Assembly: GCA_013265495.1 (NCBI GenBank)
Contig: MU057801.1
Coordinates: forward strand, 2,696,765 to 2,760,764
Length of the DNA: 64,000 bases
Direction: 5' to 3'
Source: Vicugna vicugna
Lineage: Eukaryota
Numbering within the stretch: the stretch's first letter is position 1; each line of letters opens with the position of its first letter. The translations under genes were made by a program, and so were the position numbers. The notes under the pieces were generated by a model, which was not told where the DNA came from, ran no database searches, and saw only the letters and a program-made list of their open reading frames with translations. Below are positions 47,496-60,510 of the stretch, in pieces.

Positions 47496-49029
47496 ATCTT
47501 GGCCCCTCCCCGCCCCACCCCATGCCCTCACCCCTTTCTCCTGAGAGCCTGCCCTCAGCAAACCGTGGGTTCAAACCCAGAAGCCCACGATTCCCAGGAC
47601 ACGCACCCAGGCCGAACGGCTCCCGAGGCAGGCCTCAGCGCTCCTGCGGGTTTGTGGCTGCAGCGAGGACTGCGCGACGCAGGGGCGGCCCCCGCTGCTC
47701 TTCAACTGCACCTCAGCAAACCTGCCCTTGCGGAAAAGGTGAGCCGCCATGGGAAACTGCCACAGCAAGGAGAAAAGGTGTCTGTTTGCAACACGTGGAC
47801 CAAGGAAATGCTTCAGAACGGCTGAGGGAAGCTTGGCAAAGGACCCGCTTCTGCACCAAAAAGACCCCCCTGGTCTTCCTGGTGGGCAGCATCTCGGTGG
47901 GGCGGGCGCGAGGGGTGGGGCAGGCTCTGGGAATCCCTGTCGAATCAGGGCTGAGGGTTCTGTCCTGCCTCTCTTTCAAAAGAGCGCTGCTCAAAGCTTG
48001 AAAGGCCAGCGTGTGATTATTTGGGGTCTGGCTTGGTTTTACTCCTGTTTGTTTTAATTTTCACTTTGCAGCCGCGTGTTAATAGAAAGTCTGCCTTGCT
48101 GAAGGATTTGCCTGGATTTCTGTAATAAAGTAGAGGGATTTGCCACAAACGCTAGAAGCACCCTCTGCAAACGCGGTGTTTTTCAAGTGATTATGAGGCC
48201 CGGAACATATTGTCGAGCGGCCGCGCGCCTGCCCTCCCTGACGAGCAGTGCTGACAGATGACCCCGTAGGTGATTAAACGCCATGCAGAGGCCCCGCCCC
48301 CACCCGCAACCTGTACCCTGCTCCCTGAGGCCATGTCACTGCTTGTCAAGAAATCCGCATTCCCACAAGCTGTTGTCCAAGGAACCCACATGCCCTTCCC
48401 TGTCCCGTACTCAGCCTGGCCCTGGGACACCTTGCAGAGCACAGAGGACACTTGGGGACAAGCCACCATGGACACATCAGGGGAGAGTGGCCACGGGCGA
48501 GAAGAGCCACGAGGGAAAGCTCTCGAAGACAGTGACCAGTCCTCCTGGGAAGCTGTCCTGGGGAAGTGACTGAAGACGCTCAGCATCATTAACCACGGGG
48601 AGAAGGCAAGTCAGAACCACAGTGAGACATCGCCTAACACCTGCTGGGATGGCAGTTATCAAAAAGACAGAGATACAAACGTGGCGGGGACTGGAGACCG
48701 CACAGCCCAGCGTGCGCAGGAGGAAGCCCAGGCTACAAGGGGGCAAATCTGTAGGGGAACAAGTAGCCTTCCAAGGAGCAGCCCCTTTCACCACAAGACC
48801 CTCCTCCCCCACCCTCCAGAAGCCGGGGCTTTTTTCGGGAGAAACTGACCGAGAAAGGCTGCTGAGGCGAAGACGCGGAGCCCGGTGCAGGGCAGCGCTG
48901 AGGCACCAGACAGGAAGTGGCGATGGCGAGAAAAGGTCCTGAGACCGCCCAGGCACGGGGCACCAGGAGAGACGAGAGACGTGTGTCTTTGAAACTGGAA
49001 CAGGCAGGCTTTTTAAAAACGAAACAGAA

Positions 49030-50120
49030 AGTAAGCATGACCACCAGGAGATGGAAAATGTGACAACCAAAACAAGAGCAATTCAGTAGCAGGAGTTTAA
49101 GATAAGGTTAAAGACATCGCTCAGAAAGCAAGTTCATGGAGATGAGCGATGAGAGAAAGAAAGGTAAGAACGTGAGCGAGTCACTGCAGGGACCCAGCCC
49201 CCGGCCGATGAGCGCCCTATGAGGGGGTGTAGGGAGCACGGAACGAGCTGTCCTAGCTATCCATCAGGGCACACGGGAACGTGTCCCAGAAGAGACGAAC
49301 TTCTCCCATCTAAAGCCCCACCAGACACCCAGAAATAGGAATGACCAAAGGCCATGGAGAAATTACAGGGTACCAGAGGCAAAGAAAAGATCCCAAAAAA
49401 CTTCTAGAGAGAAAAAAACCAAGTCAAATGCCAAGGGCGAGGAATTGGAAAGGACTTCCTGACACCACATTGGAAGGCGTGGGGCCTTGCTTTCGCAACT
49501 CTGAGGGAAAGTTATTTTCAGTCTAGAATTTTATCTCCAACTAAACTTTCAGTCAATTGTGAAGTGATGTGTAATGTGAAAATAAGCGTGTTTTCAGACC
49601 TACAAGACCTCAAAAATGATCTTGAATCATCTTCTCAGAGGAAGCCACTAGAAGGAGTGTTCCACGAAATATGGGGCCCAGGGGACAGGGGTCCCACGAG
49701 AGGGAAACTGAAGGAACTCCTGGGATTTGAAAGAGAAGCCCCAAGATGATATCTGAGCAGAGCCCGGGCTGCGGAGAGACTGGAGGGTTTCAGGAGCTAT
49801 GTGTGTAGTGAAAATAGATGACCAGATCAGAAAGATTATCTGATGTGCTTGGCAGCATAAAAACAATTGTAATAGTAGACTGTGGGAGGGTAGAGAACAA
49901 TTAGTGAGAGTCTCATAAAACAAAGCGAATGATAAAAGAGGCAATAACTAACTCCAGGAAAACAAAAAGTTCTACAAGACATGAAATGTAATTATGGTAC
50001 ACTATATAGTCCTAATAATGCGAACATTATCGGCTTAACAAAAATTATAAGGAGGATGTGAGAAAAAGAAGAAAAGATAATAAAGTCCTCACACAGCACA
50101 ATTTCTAAAATGATCCAATC
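49030..50120 (+). mobile_element. Highly decayed L1/HAL1 ORF1-like remnant
   Basis: A-rich, with tctagaattttatctccaactaaactttcagtcaattgtga...gtgttttcagacctacaagacctcaaaaa resembling the ORF1 C-terminal region. Confidence 0.5.
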
Positions 50121-50135
50121 AAGAAATGGCTGTAT

Positions 50136-50259
50136 TGAGGGGAAGGGTATAGCTCAAGTGGTAGAGCACATGCTCAGAACACGTGAGGTCCCAGGTTCAA
50201 TCCCCAGTACCTCCTCCAAGCGGAAATCAATGGAGAAACGTAATTATCTCCCCCTCAGA
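50136..50259 (+). mobile_element. tRNA-derived SINE (vic-1-like), first of a tandem pair
   Basis: GGGGAAGGGTATAGCTCAAGTGGTAGAGCAC...GGTTCAATCCCCAGTACCTCC. Perfect TSD aagaaatggctgtat at 50121-50135 and 50260-50274. Confidence 0.92.
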
Positions 50260-50274
50260 AAGAAATGGCTGTAT

Positions 50275-50410
50275 GGGGGGGAGGATATAGCTTAGTGCTA
50301 GAACACGCGCTTAGCATGCACGAGGTCCTGGGTTCAATCCCCAGCACCTCCATTTAAAAACTAAATGAACTTAATTTCCCCCCAAAATCAAAATTTTTAA
50401 AATTAAAAGA
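50275..50410 (+). mobile_element. tRNA-derived SINE (vic-1-like), second of a tandem pair
   Basis: GGGGGGGAGGATATAGCTTAGTGCTAGAACACGCGCTTAGCATGCACGAGGTCCTGGGTTCAATCCCCAGCACCTCC followed by an A-rich tail. Confidence 0.92.
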
Positions 50411-53400
50411 AAGAAGTGTTTGCATAAAAGCATGGTATTAAGGAGATAAATTTTCCTAGAAAGAGCTGAAAGGATTGAAAGCAGTTGCCTCTGAACAGCG
50501 GGAAGTTGTGAGGTGTCTCAATTCTCCAAAGCAGACCCGAGACAAGTAGTTTATTGGGTAGGCAGTCCCAGGAAACACTGGTAGACAAAGCAGGGAGTGG
50601 GACAGGGAGCAGAGGGGAGCTGGAACCAGATGAGCTAGTCATCACGCTGCTGCTCTGGGTGCCTGGTGCTCAGTCTTGCTGGGAATCCAAGAGACCATGG
50701 AGAACACACCACAGAGCTGTCACTGCTCATCCCTCACTGGCCCCTGGAGGCACTAACTCCCTGGACTTTGTGCTGCTCACATGAGCAGCAAGCACTCCCA
50801 CAGCCAGGTAACACTCTTGGGCAGAAAGACGCAGGTCAAGGTACAGAGTCATCAGTGTGTGTGGGAACCACCCACCAGGACTTCCAATGACATCTGAGTG
50901 GGCAAAGCACCAAACATGTTTGCACACGGCCCAAGGAACTATCACACTTTACAAGTTACTATAGTCTCTGGGTTTGAAACTACATTGAAGGTTCTCTAAA
51001 GTGACCTCTAATCAACCAACAGATACCCGCTGCTCCCTCTGCAAGTGTGACACTCAACACGCTCTCAGTGCTCAAGGCTACTCTCAGAAATGACTCCCAC
51101 TCCCATTCCCGCTCGTCAGGAAGTCTGCTTACCAGCGGTCCCCCATCTCAGTTCAGTAATTTGTAAACCCGTGAAATAGGAATAATATGTAAGTCAATGA
51201 GACACCAATGCAAAAAGAGAGTTGCACTGCAATTAGACACAGGCAAGACACCTGTGAAAGATTAGGGGGAAACTGTAAAAGTTTGGAAGAGCTATCTCGG
51301 TTTCTGCTTCTGGCAGTATGATAGTACTCTGCAAAACAGTCGATTTTCTGCTTAATCTGGATAGAAAAGGAAAAGGAAGTCTCTCCTGATAATTCAACAT
51401 TCAGATCCGGTATTAATTAATACACTGCCCCAGCCATGAGGGTATCCTGGCCAAGCCCAAGAGATTAAAATAAAATAATTAGAGTTAAATTAAATTAAAG
51501 CATATCTAGGCTGGCTGCACTCTCTGGTACCTAATCATCTGGGTACCACATGGTAAACACAGTTGTAAATACTACTGAAAAATGACAATCATCTCCTGAG
51601 AAAAATATTCTTAATCTAGTTTCCTGAGAATGATCACAGATCAAATTCAGCTAATGACACAACACAAAAAGTCATCAGTCAGCAGGGAAAGTGGGCATCA
51701 GACGCAGGCACCCCCAGCAAGACCTCAAGCACTGAAATTATCGATTACAGGCTATGGGATTGTTATGCACAGAAACTTTCAAGATGTAAACAATGATTTT
51801 TTTAAATGAGTGAGGTTGAAAGTACTATCAAAACTGATCAAGTTTTTTAAGTGAACATAATTTAAAAGTAGAACTTCTAGAACAAATGTTTAATTACTAA
51901 TCACAAAAGGAATCATCTCATTGCTGAGCGGAAAAGGGAACTAGAGAAAAGGAAGACAAAGCTGAGAAACTCGTTCCAATCTCACCGTACATGGTGGCGG
52001 TTTGCTTGTTTCTGAGATTGTCACAAAAACAAGTTTGATGCAAAACAAATAAACTTAAACCAATTTTTTAATTAAACTGATAGACAGACAGACAGATGGA
52101 TCAGCTGCATAGGGACCGGGCAAGTGGTATAAATGGGAATGTGGAGAGTTTGAGAATGACCCTGGGGCCTTCCCAATCTACCACCTTTTCAAACCCCCTT
52201 TTGTGAGTGACAGGAGTGCAATGAATTTTCCTCCCTCGTGCACAGATAGCAGCACCCACAGCCTCAGTGCTGGGGAGCAGTAGGGAGTGGTGGGGACTGG
52301 GTGAACGGGATTATGTGTGCCTCTTCCAGGGTGGCTGCGGCTGCACCTCTCAGCTAGCCAGCCCATCAGCCATGTGAGAACAAGGGCCTGGAATCTGTGG
52401 ATCTTCTGATCTCTCAGTAAAATGCATAAATCCAGATTTTCATGTAAAATCTACTCATTTTTCAATGTAGTGCAAAGGTTTGTTTTAAGCATCTCTGAGC
52501 CAAACAAAACATTCCTGGAAACCGCACGAGGTGAAGGACTGCCTCTGGTACTAGGACAGTGCGTCCGGGTTGAGTCACTGTGCCCTGCGCCCCCCGGACA
52601 CACGCACTTCTCCATGGAAGCCACGCGAAGCCCTGCGGTTTCTCCGTCGTGTCTGCTGAGCTCGGAACAGAGAACCCTGTGCTGCGTACTCGGATGAATT
52701 TAATGTGCATGCATTACACCTCGGTAAGCTGCTATGTTTTAAAAGGCCAAATATGCTCAAATCCAACCCAAAGCCTGAGGTGCTGGGGTGCCTCCCGCCG
52801 ACCTGGGTCAGGAGGCGCCTGCGGCTCCACCCTTCCGGCTTCTGTGCCTGTGCCGCAGGGGAGGAATACTGAGGTTCCCTTAATTCATTGTCCCTTAATG
52901 TTGAATGCTCATTAATTACTGATTTCTTCCAGATAATACTTGTTAAAGAAGAATTAATACTATTGTTTTAGGACAAATGCTGCCCAAATACTGTCTTTAG
53001 TGGGGTTGTAATCAGCTTTACCCACTTTCCATCTAATCTGATTGAAGCAGATTTCGCACAAAGTCTTTTTTCCTTAATTTTGTTGCTATTAAAAGATCAC
53101 TATTTAGATCTGCCTCAAACTCCAAGTTCCTGAGATGAATTTAAAATCATAAGTTCATAAGTGACCTAAGCAAAGGGAGAGGTGGGGAGGGAGGGAGGGG
53201 TTCTGACGTATGGTGGAATTTGGGGGAAATGTTGGTCCCGCATTACTGAATATATTTTAGCCTCTTTTTCCCAGCTCTGTGTTTTAAGTCTGTTCATCAT
53301 AATGCCTTTGGACTCTCTGCACTTACTCCATCATAATTATCCTTTAATACTCTTATAAATGAACTTTTAGCTTATCTTCCATTAATTCTCCAGAACAAGC

Positions 53401-54576
53401 CCAGCCATCCAAGTAAAGTGTTTAACCCTTTGTGGCCGGTGTTCCCTTTCACGGAGGCAAGGAGGAAGTTCCTAGACTGGTTTCATGGGACGCTTGGCTC
53501 CAGCCAGATCCTGCAGGGGTTCTGGAGCCTGAGAGCAATGCAGGGACCTGCTGAGACAGGAGGCAGGGGTTTTGCACCTTGAGGTCCTCACCCCAGCCAG
53601 CGAGGCTCCAGCCCCCACAGCAGCCAGGGAGGACACGCCCTCTGACCGGAAGAGGAGGCCCGGGGGGGTCTGGGCAGGGCACCGAAAACATGGGCTACGA
53701 TCGCCTGAAGGTTAGGGGGTCAGCCAGAGCTTCTCATCAGCTGTCAGTCTCTAACTCCATTGTGCTGCGATCAGCAAGCACGATCCACACCATGGTTTAC
53801 ATTTTTCAATTTTATTGACAGTTTCTTTATGGCTTAGCACCGTCCCAGCCCCTGTGATCATGCTACGTGTGGTTGAAGATAACGCATGTTCTCTGACGGG
53901 TGCAAAGGCCGACCGTCCGTTACAGGAGACTGGTCGCCTGTGTTAGTCGAGGGCTCTGCTTCTTCATCTTATGTTTCTCAATCTTTACCTTCTTGATCTC
54001 TGTCCATTTTTAGAGATGTCTGTTCAAAACCTCAGAAGTGATGGGGGATTTTTGAATTTCCCTTTGTGCTTCTGCTGGGGTTTGTCTTCTCTGTGAAAGT
54101 CACAGGCTTTGCTCACCGCCAGCCGTGCGTCGGGCCCAGCGGTGGGGCCTTTCCACGTGTCACCGCCTCACCTCACCCTCGCGGCTGCCGGGGGAAGCAC
54201 TGCTCCCTGGCTCTGCGGCTGAGACGCCGGGGCCCAGAGGGGCGCGTGGCCTGTCGCCTCTGCTTCCACCGCGCGCCGCCCTGTCCTACGTACGCTCGGG
54301 GAAGCCGCCAGTTTCTGCGGCCTGCTGCCCCCTTATCCAGGGGAGTTTTTAGACTTATTGAAAGAGTTCTTTTAGACTTACATATAAATCACTTTTATCA
54401 TATATTTCTCCTAAATATTTTAAAAAGGAAAACATAAGTGAAACCGTTAAGGTCCCCCTAAGACTTTCCCTCCAGAACCTGATGCTTCTGGTTTGCGTTT
54501 CGAGTCAGCCACCGCTGCCCGTGTTTCCACACATCTCACCCCCGCTCCCTAGGGAGCGCTGGCGACACAGGAGTGC

Positions 54577-54885
54577 TTTTTTTAAGGTTTTTTTGTAAAT
54601 TGAAGTAGAGTCAGTTTACAATGCTGTGTCAGTTTCTGGTGCACAGCATCATGGTCCAGTCATACATGAACAGATGTATGCTCCTTTCCGTGTTCTTTCT
54701 CATTATTGGTCACTACAAGGCACTGAACTTAGTTCTCTGTGCTCCGCAGTAGGACCTCGCTGTTTATCTGTTTCATATGTAGCAGTTAGCATCTGCTAAC
54801 CCTGAGCTCCCAGTTCATCACCCCCACCTGCGTCCTGCCCTGGTCACCGTGACTTTGTCCTCTATGTCTGTGGGTCTGTTTGGCA
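54577..54885 (-). mobile_element. L1 3'-end fragment
   Basis: aattgaagtagagtcagtttacaatgctgtgtcagtttctggtgcacagc. Confidence 0.8.
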
Positions 54886-55000
54886 CAGAATTCTTTAAAA
54901 GTGCTTTGCCGCCGTCTCCGGGGTTTCCTCCCGGGCGCTCCCGTCCGGTCACATCCCTGCTGCTGCTTTGTTAAAAAAATACGATTCTGTTTAAAAAAAA

Positions 55001-55457
55001 TTTTTATTGAAGTGTAGTTGATTTACATGAGTTTCAGATGTACAGCAAAGTGATTCAGTTAGACATATACATACATAAATGTATATATTTTCTTTTCAGA
55101 TTCTTTTCCATTATATGTTATCACAGGAAATTGAATCTAGTTCCCTATGCTGTACAGTAGGTCCTTGTTGTTTATCCATTTTATATAAAGTAATGTGTAT
55201 CTGTTAATCCCCAACCTCTAATTTATCCCTCCCCACCCTTTCCCCTTTGGTAACCATAGTTTGTTTTCAATGTCTATGAGTCTGTTTTTGGTTTGTACAT
55301 AAAATTTGTATCATTTTTTTAGATTCCACATATATGTGATATCGTATGATATTTGTCTTTGTCTGACTTAATTCACTTAGTATGATCATCTCTAGGGCCA
55401 TTCATGTTGCTGCAAACGGCATTATTCCATTCTTCTTATGGCTGAGTAGTATTCCCA
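55001..55457 (-). mobile_element. L1 3'-end fragment
   Basis: tttttattgaagtgtagttgatttaca...tttagattccacatat...catgttgctgcaaacggcatt...ggctgagtagtattcc. Confidence 0.85.
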
Positions 55458-55541
55458 TGAGTGTGTGTGTCTGTGGGTCTGTGTGTGTGTGTGTGGGTCT
55501 GTGTGTGTGAGTCTGTGTGTGTGTGTGTCTGTGTGTGTGTA
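55458..55541. repeat. Imperfect (TG)n microsatellite
   Basis: Directly visible in the sequence. Confidence 0.9.
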
Positions 55542-58491
55542 TATACCACCAATGCTGCTGCTTTGATGTTACCACAAAGTGCCAACAGAAGGCCTTCAGA
55601 CCACAGCCTTCCCCAGAAGGCCCTTACCTGCGTTGCTGAGAATGCCAGGGGTTGCAGGCATCTGTCTGATGGTCAGGAGTGATGAGCCAGTTCACCTGTG
55701 TACAGAGGAAGACACTGTGACTTTGGCATGTCCTAATTTTGTAGCTGTTACAGGTGAGGAAGCGTGTGTCTCAGGCGTGTGTCTGAAGACTAGGTAGGTA
55801 GTTACGTACATGAAGTTCTGTGATGAAGCCTCTGGGTGGCTTCCTCATATGGCAACATGAAACGCCTTTCACTGCTTTCCACCTTAAACTCTAAGGAGAC
55901 ATTGTTTTTGAGAAATGCACCAAGGTTTTGTCTCAGTTTTGGTGTTCAGCCTGAACCTGCAGTCTGTACCTGGACCTGGCCCAGGAGCCGGGACGGGGCG
56001 TGCAGGGCCCTCAGAGAGCACCCCCCGGGGGTTCCATGCCCTCCTGCTTTTCTCCAGACGTCACGGCGAACCGCACGCTCCATCGGCGCCTGCACAGTGA
56101 ATGGGACTGGAGGGATGTTCATGGAAGGAGAGGTCAGCCGAGGAAAGTGCCATTTATTGCCTCAGACCCAGGACAGGGGTGGCAGAGTGTCTGGGCGCGC
56201 AGGGACACGCACAGTTTTGCTGTCACTCTTCGGTGTGGGTCGAGGGGCAGATGCGCTGCAGACGTCGAGCCGCCGTCCTGGCAGGAGGGCAAAGCTCTCA
56301 CAGCTCACCAGCCGCGGCCCGCACTGCAGCATCCACGCCTGGGAAGGAGGGGACAATGCAAGACTGTCGCCGGACTGGGAGCCTCTCTGCGGAAGACTCA
56401 CCCGCGGCCAGTCAGGGCAGAAGCTGCATCTGTCTCCCCGTGTCCCACCCCCACCCCCAGCGGCCAGCGAAAGGAGGCCAGAGCAGCGGCAGGAGACCCA
56501 CCTGGTGCGGGAGGTGCCCAGGTGCCTGGGATTGTCGCGGCGCCGCACGGAGAGACAGCCTCGCGGAGCTGGGGCAGGGCGGCCGGGCTGGGCTCACAGA
56601 ACCGGCCACCACTTGATGGAAGAGCAGGCGGAGGCCTGTGTGTTCAGTGCTTCCCAAACCGCTTGGACTTGGGCCTTCTCTTCCAAGTCATTTGAGAGCC
56701 ACGCTGCAAATACACACCCAGACCCTCCCCAGAGCAGAAGGGGTGTTCACCCTCAGTGACCGCAAGTGATGAAGACGCCACAGCAGCATTCAGGGGTAAA
56801 TACTTCGAGTACTTACCAGCCCCCGGCTTGGAAACCCTTCGCGTGCACTGCCCCAGCCTGATTCCCTGGCCTCAAACAGAGAAAGCATCTCTGCCTCAAA
56901 GACAGTACAGCGGGAAGGTCAGCCAGCAAGCAACACACAGCTGTGCTCTCAAAAAGCTGAAGAGTCACAACCATATTTTCAAAGTAAAGTATAACATTCA
57001 TACTTTAAGGCCTCGATTTCTCAAATCGTTTAGGGGACACTCTGGTGGCCAATGGTGAGAGCCTTTCACCAAGTGACACTTGCCTGGGAAATCAAAGTCC
57101 CCGAGTGACTGGGCCAGGAAGCCTTGCCAATATGGTGTCAGTAACGTTGACTTCCTCGCTCTCAAGCTTTTCCTCTTTGGAATTATTTTCCCTGTGGAAA
57201 ATAAAATCCTGCGGCACCCTTTCCTGTGCCTTTAAGGCAAAGGGAGTTGTCCCGTCAAGCCGGCTGCAGGGGCCCCTGCATGGCGTGTCACACTGCACAC
57301 TGCAACTTTAAGAAGATTTGTAATAGGAAAAGGAATCTTCCTAAAAGCATTTTCTGATCATTGTTACAGAATTCAATCCTCTCTTTTAGCTTAGAGACAA
57401 ATGAGGTCCTGATGACAGGAGCAGAGCACCTTGAGAATTTCACATTAACTCCCCTGGCGACATAATCCTCTGCCAACGCATGGAGCATGTGACACACTGC
57501 TGTGACGCCTACGGGTTAATGTCAGGGAACAAAACCACAATCTGATTTGATTTCTTTTTGAGGGAGGAGAACCCGAAACCACAGAATGCAGCTGCATAAT
57601 CATCAGACACAAAATAAGCTGTTCATCCGATTTCACATACACTCTCAATTGCATTTCACTTTTGAAATGACTACAAATTACTTTCTGAAATGATTCACTT
57701 TTCTGATTATAAAAAGTCCGTTGCAGGAAACAGGGGAAACAAGGTAGTAACAATTGTCCTAAACCCGCAACCCACAACTAAGCCCTGTTAATGTGTTGGT
57801 GTCTTTTGTGTGTACTTAACTTTACAGCTCAGCATCACTCCTGATACAGTTCATTGCGCTGATTTATTTTTTTCAGTTCACATCTTTTATGTGCAGTTTT
57901 AACTGTCATCGAAATAACTTCAAAATCTGGAAGAACACATCACGATGGTAACAGTGACAACCTCTGGGTGGTAGGAATATGTTTTTATCTTCTTATTTTA
58001 TGTATTTTTAATCTAACTTTTCTAAGTTTCTACAATGCACATTTATTATTATGAAGAGACAATTTAAGTTCAAAAATATTTTTTCCTTGGCTGTGTAATA
58101 TCTGTTCATGGATACACTCTGCTTTACTGCATCATCACCAAAACTGTGGACAAATGGTCTTTCCAAGGCCCTGGGAGGGGCCCTAGCAATGAGATCATGT
58201 GGTTACATTTTATAAAATCTCCAAACTGTCATAACCACAGGCACCTGGGATGCTGCCATGTGCCCGCCTTGCTTCCCTGCCTGTGGAGCTGCCCCAGGAG
58301 GTTGGAGGTACCTGGGGGGTTGGGTTTAGGATGAGGTCGCCTCTGGCTGCAGCTCAGTTACTGCAGCCGTCCAGTGTGGGGACAGTCTCAGAGATGCTCC
58401 TATGTCATCAATCCACCAGGATCTCAGAATCTTTGAATCTTTCTGAGTCCTTCACAAAATTAATATGGCACTCAGAGAGCAAAACCAAACT

Positions 58492-58869
58492 CCATGGACG
58501 TGGCTGGACCTGGAGCGTGTTGTGCTAGTGTAGTAAGTCTGAGAAAGACAGATACTGTCTGATGTAACTTGTATGTGGAACCTGAAATCAAGCAAAACAA
58601 ATGAACCAATTGAACAAAACAGAAATGGCTGCACAGGTTCAGAGAACAAACCAGCGGCCCCGAGAGGGGAGAGGAGTGGGGGGTGAAGAAAGGGGCAGAC
58701 TCCCAGTTATGAAACCAATCCGTCACGGGGCGTGTGTGCAGCACAGGGGACAGAGACAACATTTTGTGATAACTTTGTATGGTGGGAAATCTACAAAGAT
58801 ATGAAATCACTGTGTTGTGCACCTGAAACTAATACAATATAGTAAGTCAATTCAACTTCAGGAAAAAAA
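58492..58869 (+). mobile_element. L1 3'-end fragment
   Basis: ...cactgtgttgtgcacctgaaactaatacaatatagtaagtcaattcaacttcaggaaaaaaa. Confidence 0.8.
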
Positions 58870-58900
58870 TGGACAAACTTACAACAAAACTAGATGGTGG

Positions 58901-59041
58901 TGCTGGGAGGGAATAGCTCAGTGGTAGAGTATGTGCTTAGCACAAAGTCTCCGTTCAACCCCCAGAGCCTCCATTAAATAAATAAATAAATAAATAAAAA
59001 CCCACTTGCCTCCTCACCGGAAAACAATTTTTTAATTAAAA
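58901..59041 (+). mobile_element. tRNA-derived SINE (vic-1-like) with 15-bp TSD
   Basis: gggagggaatagctcagtggtagagtatgtgcttagc...(taaa)n. TSD aaaactagatggtgg at 58886-58900 and 59042-59056. Confidence 0.9.
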
Positions 59042-59309
59042 AAAACTAGATGGTGGAGCATCCCCTCCCAGGCCCCCAAATCCAGAGAGAATTCAAAATG
59101 AGGAAAATTGCCAAAGAAATGAAGGCTGAACTGCAAGGAACATTAGAGCAAATAATGCAACAGTTTATGCCTTAAGAGAAACAGGAGGACTTTTTAAATA
59201 TCATAAGGAAATCAAAAAAGAATAAAAGATTTCTCTAAAAGTTACAAGTAGGCCAAAAGGATTCCCCGTATGCTAATAGGAACTCCTGAAGCAAGTAACA
59301 AAAGTAAAG

Positions 59310-59389
59310 GAACAGAACAAAGGCTGAATGTTTCCTGAAACATTAAAATGAACAGAACAATGGCTGAATGTTTCCTGAAGCATTAAAAA
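59310..59389. repeat. 40-bp tandem duplication
   Basis: gaacagaacaaaggctgaatgtttcctgaaacattaaaat / gaacagaacaatggctgaatgtttcctgaagcattaaaaa. Confidence 0.9.
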
Positions 59390-59704
59390 AGGGGGGGAGG
59401 TATTTAGAATTACAGCCTGAAAGAGCACAGAGTACACGTGAGAAAATCAACCAGGATGCCCACCACCAAGACCTCGCCTAGTATGAAGTTACTGAACTCC
59501 AGAGACAAGTAAGTAATCCTTGGGCAGCTGGGCAGAAAGGGCGTGCCAGGACATAAAAGGCACAGAAGGTCGGACGCCAGTCAGTGGTGACCCCAGGGCT
59601 TACTCCAAAGGGAAACGGAGAAACCCACTTAAGATACAAAGTAAGAAAATGAAAGCCCAAGATTTTACATCCAGCAAAACTGCTTTTAAATAAAAGGCCT
59701 TCTC

Positions 59705-60510
59705 CTGGCGCCCCGGGAACCTTCTCAGCCCACGCCGGGTTGGGGGGTGGCCAGGCGGCGGCGGGGCTCCCTCCGCAGGGGGGCAGGGGTCTGCGGGGCG
59801 GGGCGCAGCGGGCCGGGCCTGTCCGGGGAAACGCCACGTCCACACGGGCGGGCGGCACCACTGGGCCCTGTGCGGGGCAGAGGGTCGCGCCTTCACCCCC
59901 CCACCCCCGCGCAGGCCGACCGGGGCCGCGGCCTGGGGAGTCTGACACCTGCCCCGTCCCGCGAGGGGGCGAGGGCCGCAGCCGGCCGGTGCGGGAGGGG
60001 CCGCGTCTCGGGCTGCAGACGAGCCCCGCGGGACCAGGCTTCGCCTCCCGCGGAAACACAGGCTCAGGACCACGTCCCCACGCGTGCTGGCTCGCGCTGC
60101 GGGTTTTCTCGAGAAGCCCCTCCAGCAGCAGGGGCAAGAGTGCTCCAGGTGCGCGTGCGCGGACGAGCTCCGGGAGCAGGTGTGCAGACGGGGGAGGGGG
60201 CGGTGTCGGGGTGCGTCGCTGGGTCCCTCTCTCTCTGTGCGGCCTTCGAGAGTGTGCCTGAGACCAGCCCCCCGGGGAGGAACGGCCTTGCGGGTCTACT
60301 CGCACGGGCACCCACACGCGCGTCCAAGGAGCCCCAGCCCTGAAGGCAGACGCATCAGATTAGGCAGGGAGAAGCAGTCGGGGAGAGTGGGAGGAGGGGC
60401 CGAGAGGAGGGGCAGTAGAGGGGGCGGTGGTCAGCACATCCGGAGGAGCAGACACCCCACCTCCTCCTCTCCGCCCGGCAGCTTCCAACCAGAGCTCGCA
60501 GGCGGCTCTT
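59705..60510. promoter_or_regulatory. Intergenic CpG island with GC boxes and an NRF1 consensus site
   Basis: High CpG density. GGGGCGGGGC near 59795. TGCGCGTGCGCG at 60150-60161. No recognisable coding exon. Confidence 0.65.

Noticed and set aside
50136..50352. Functional tRNA genes (also 24260-24334, 58905-58972, 63510-63583)
   Set aside because: The tRNA-like heads are followed by SINE tails and flanked by TSDs, so they are SINEs.
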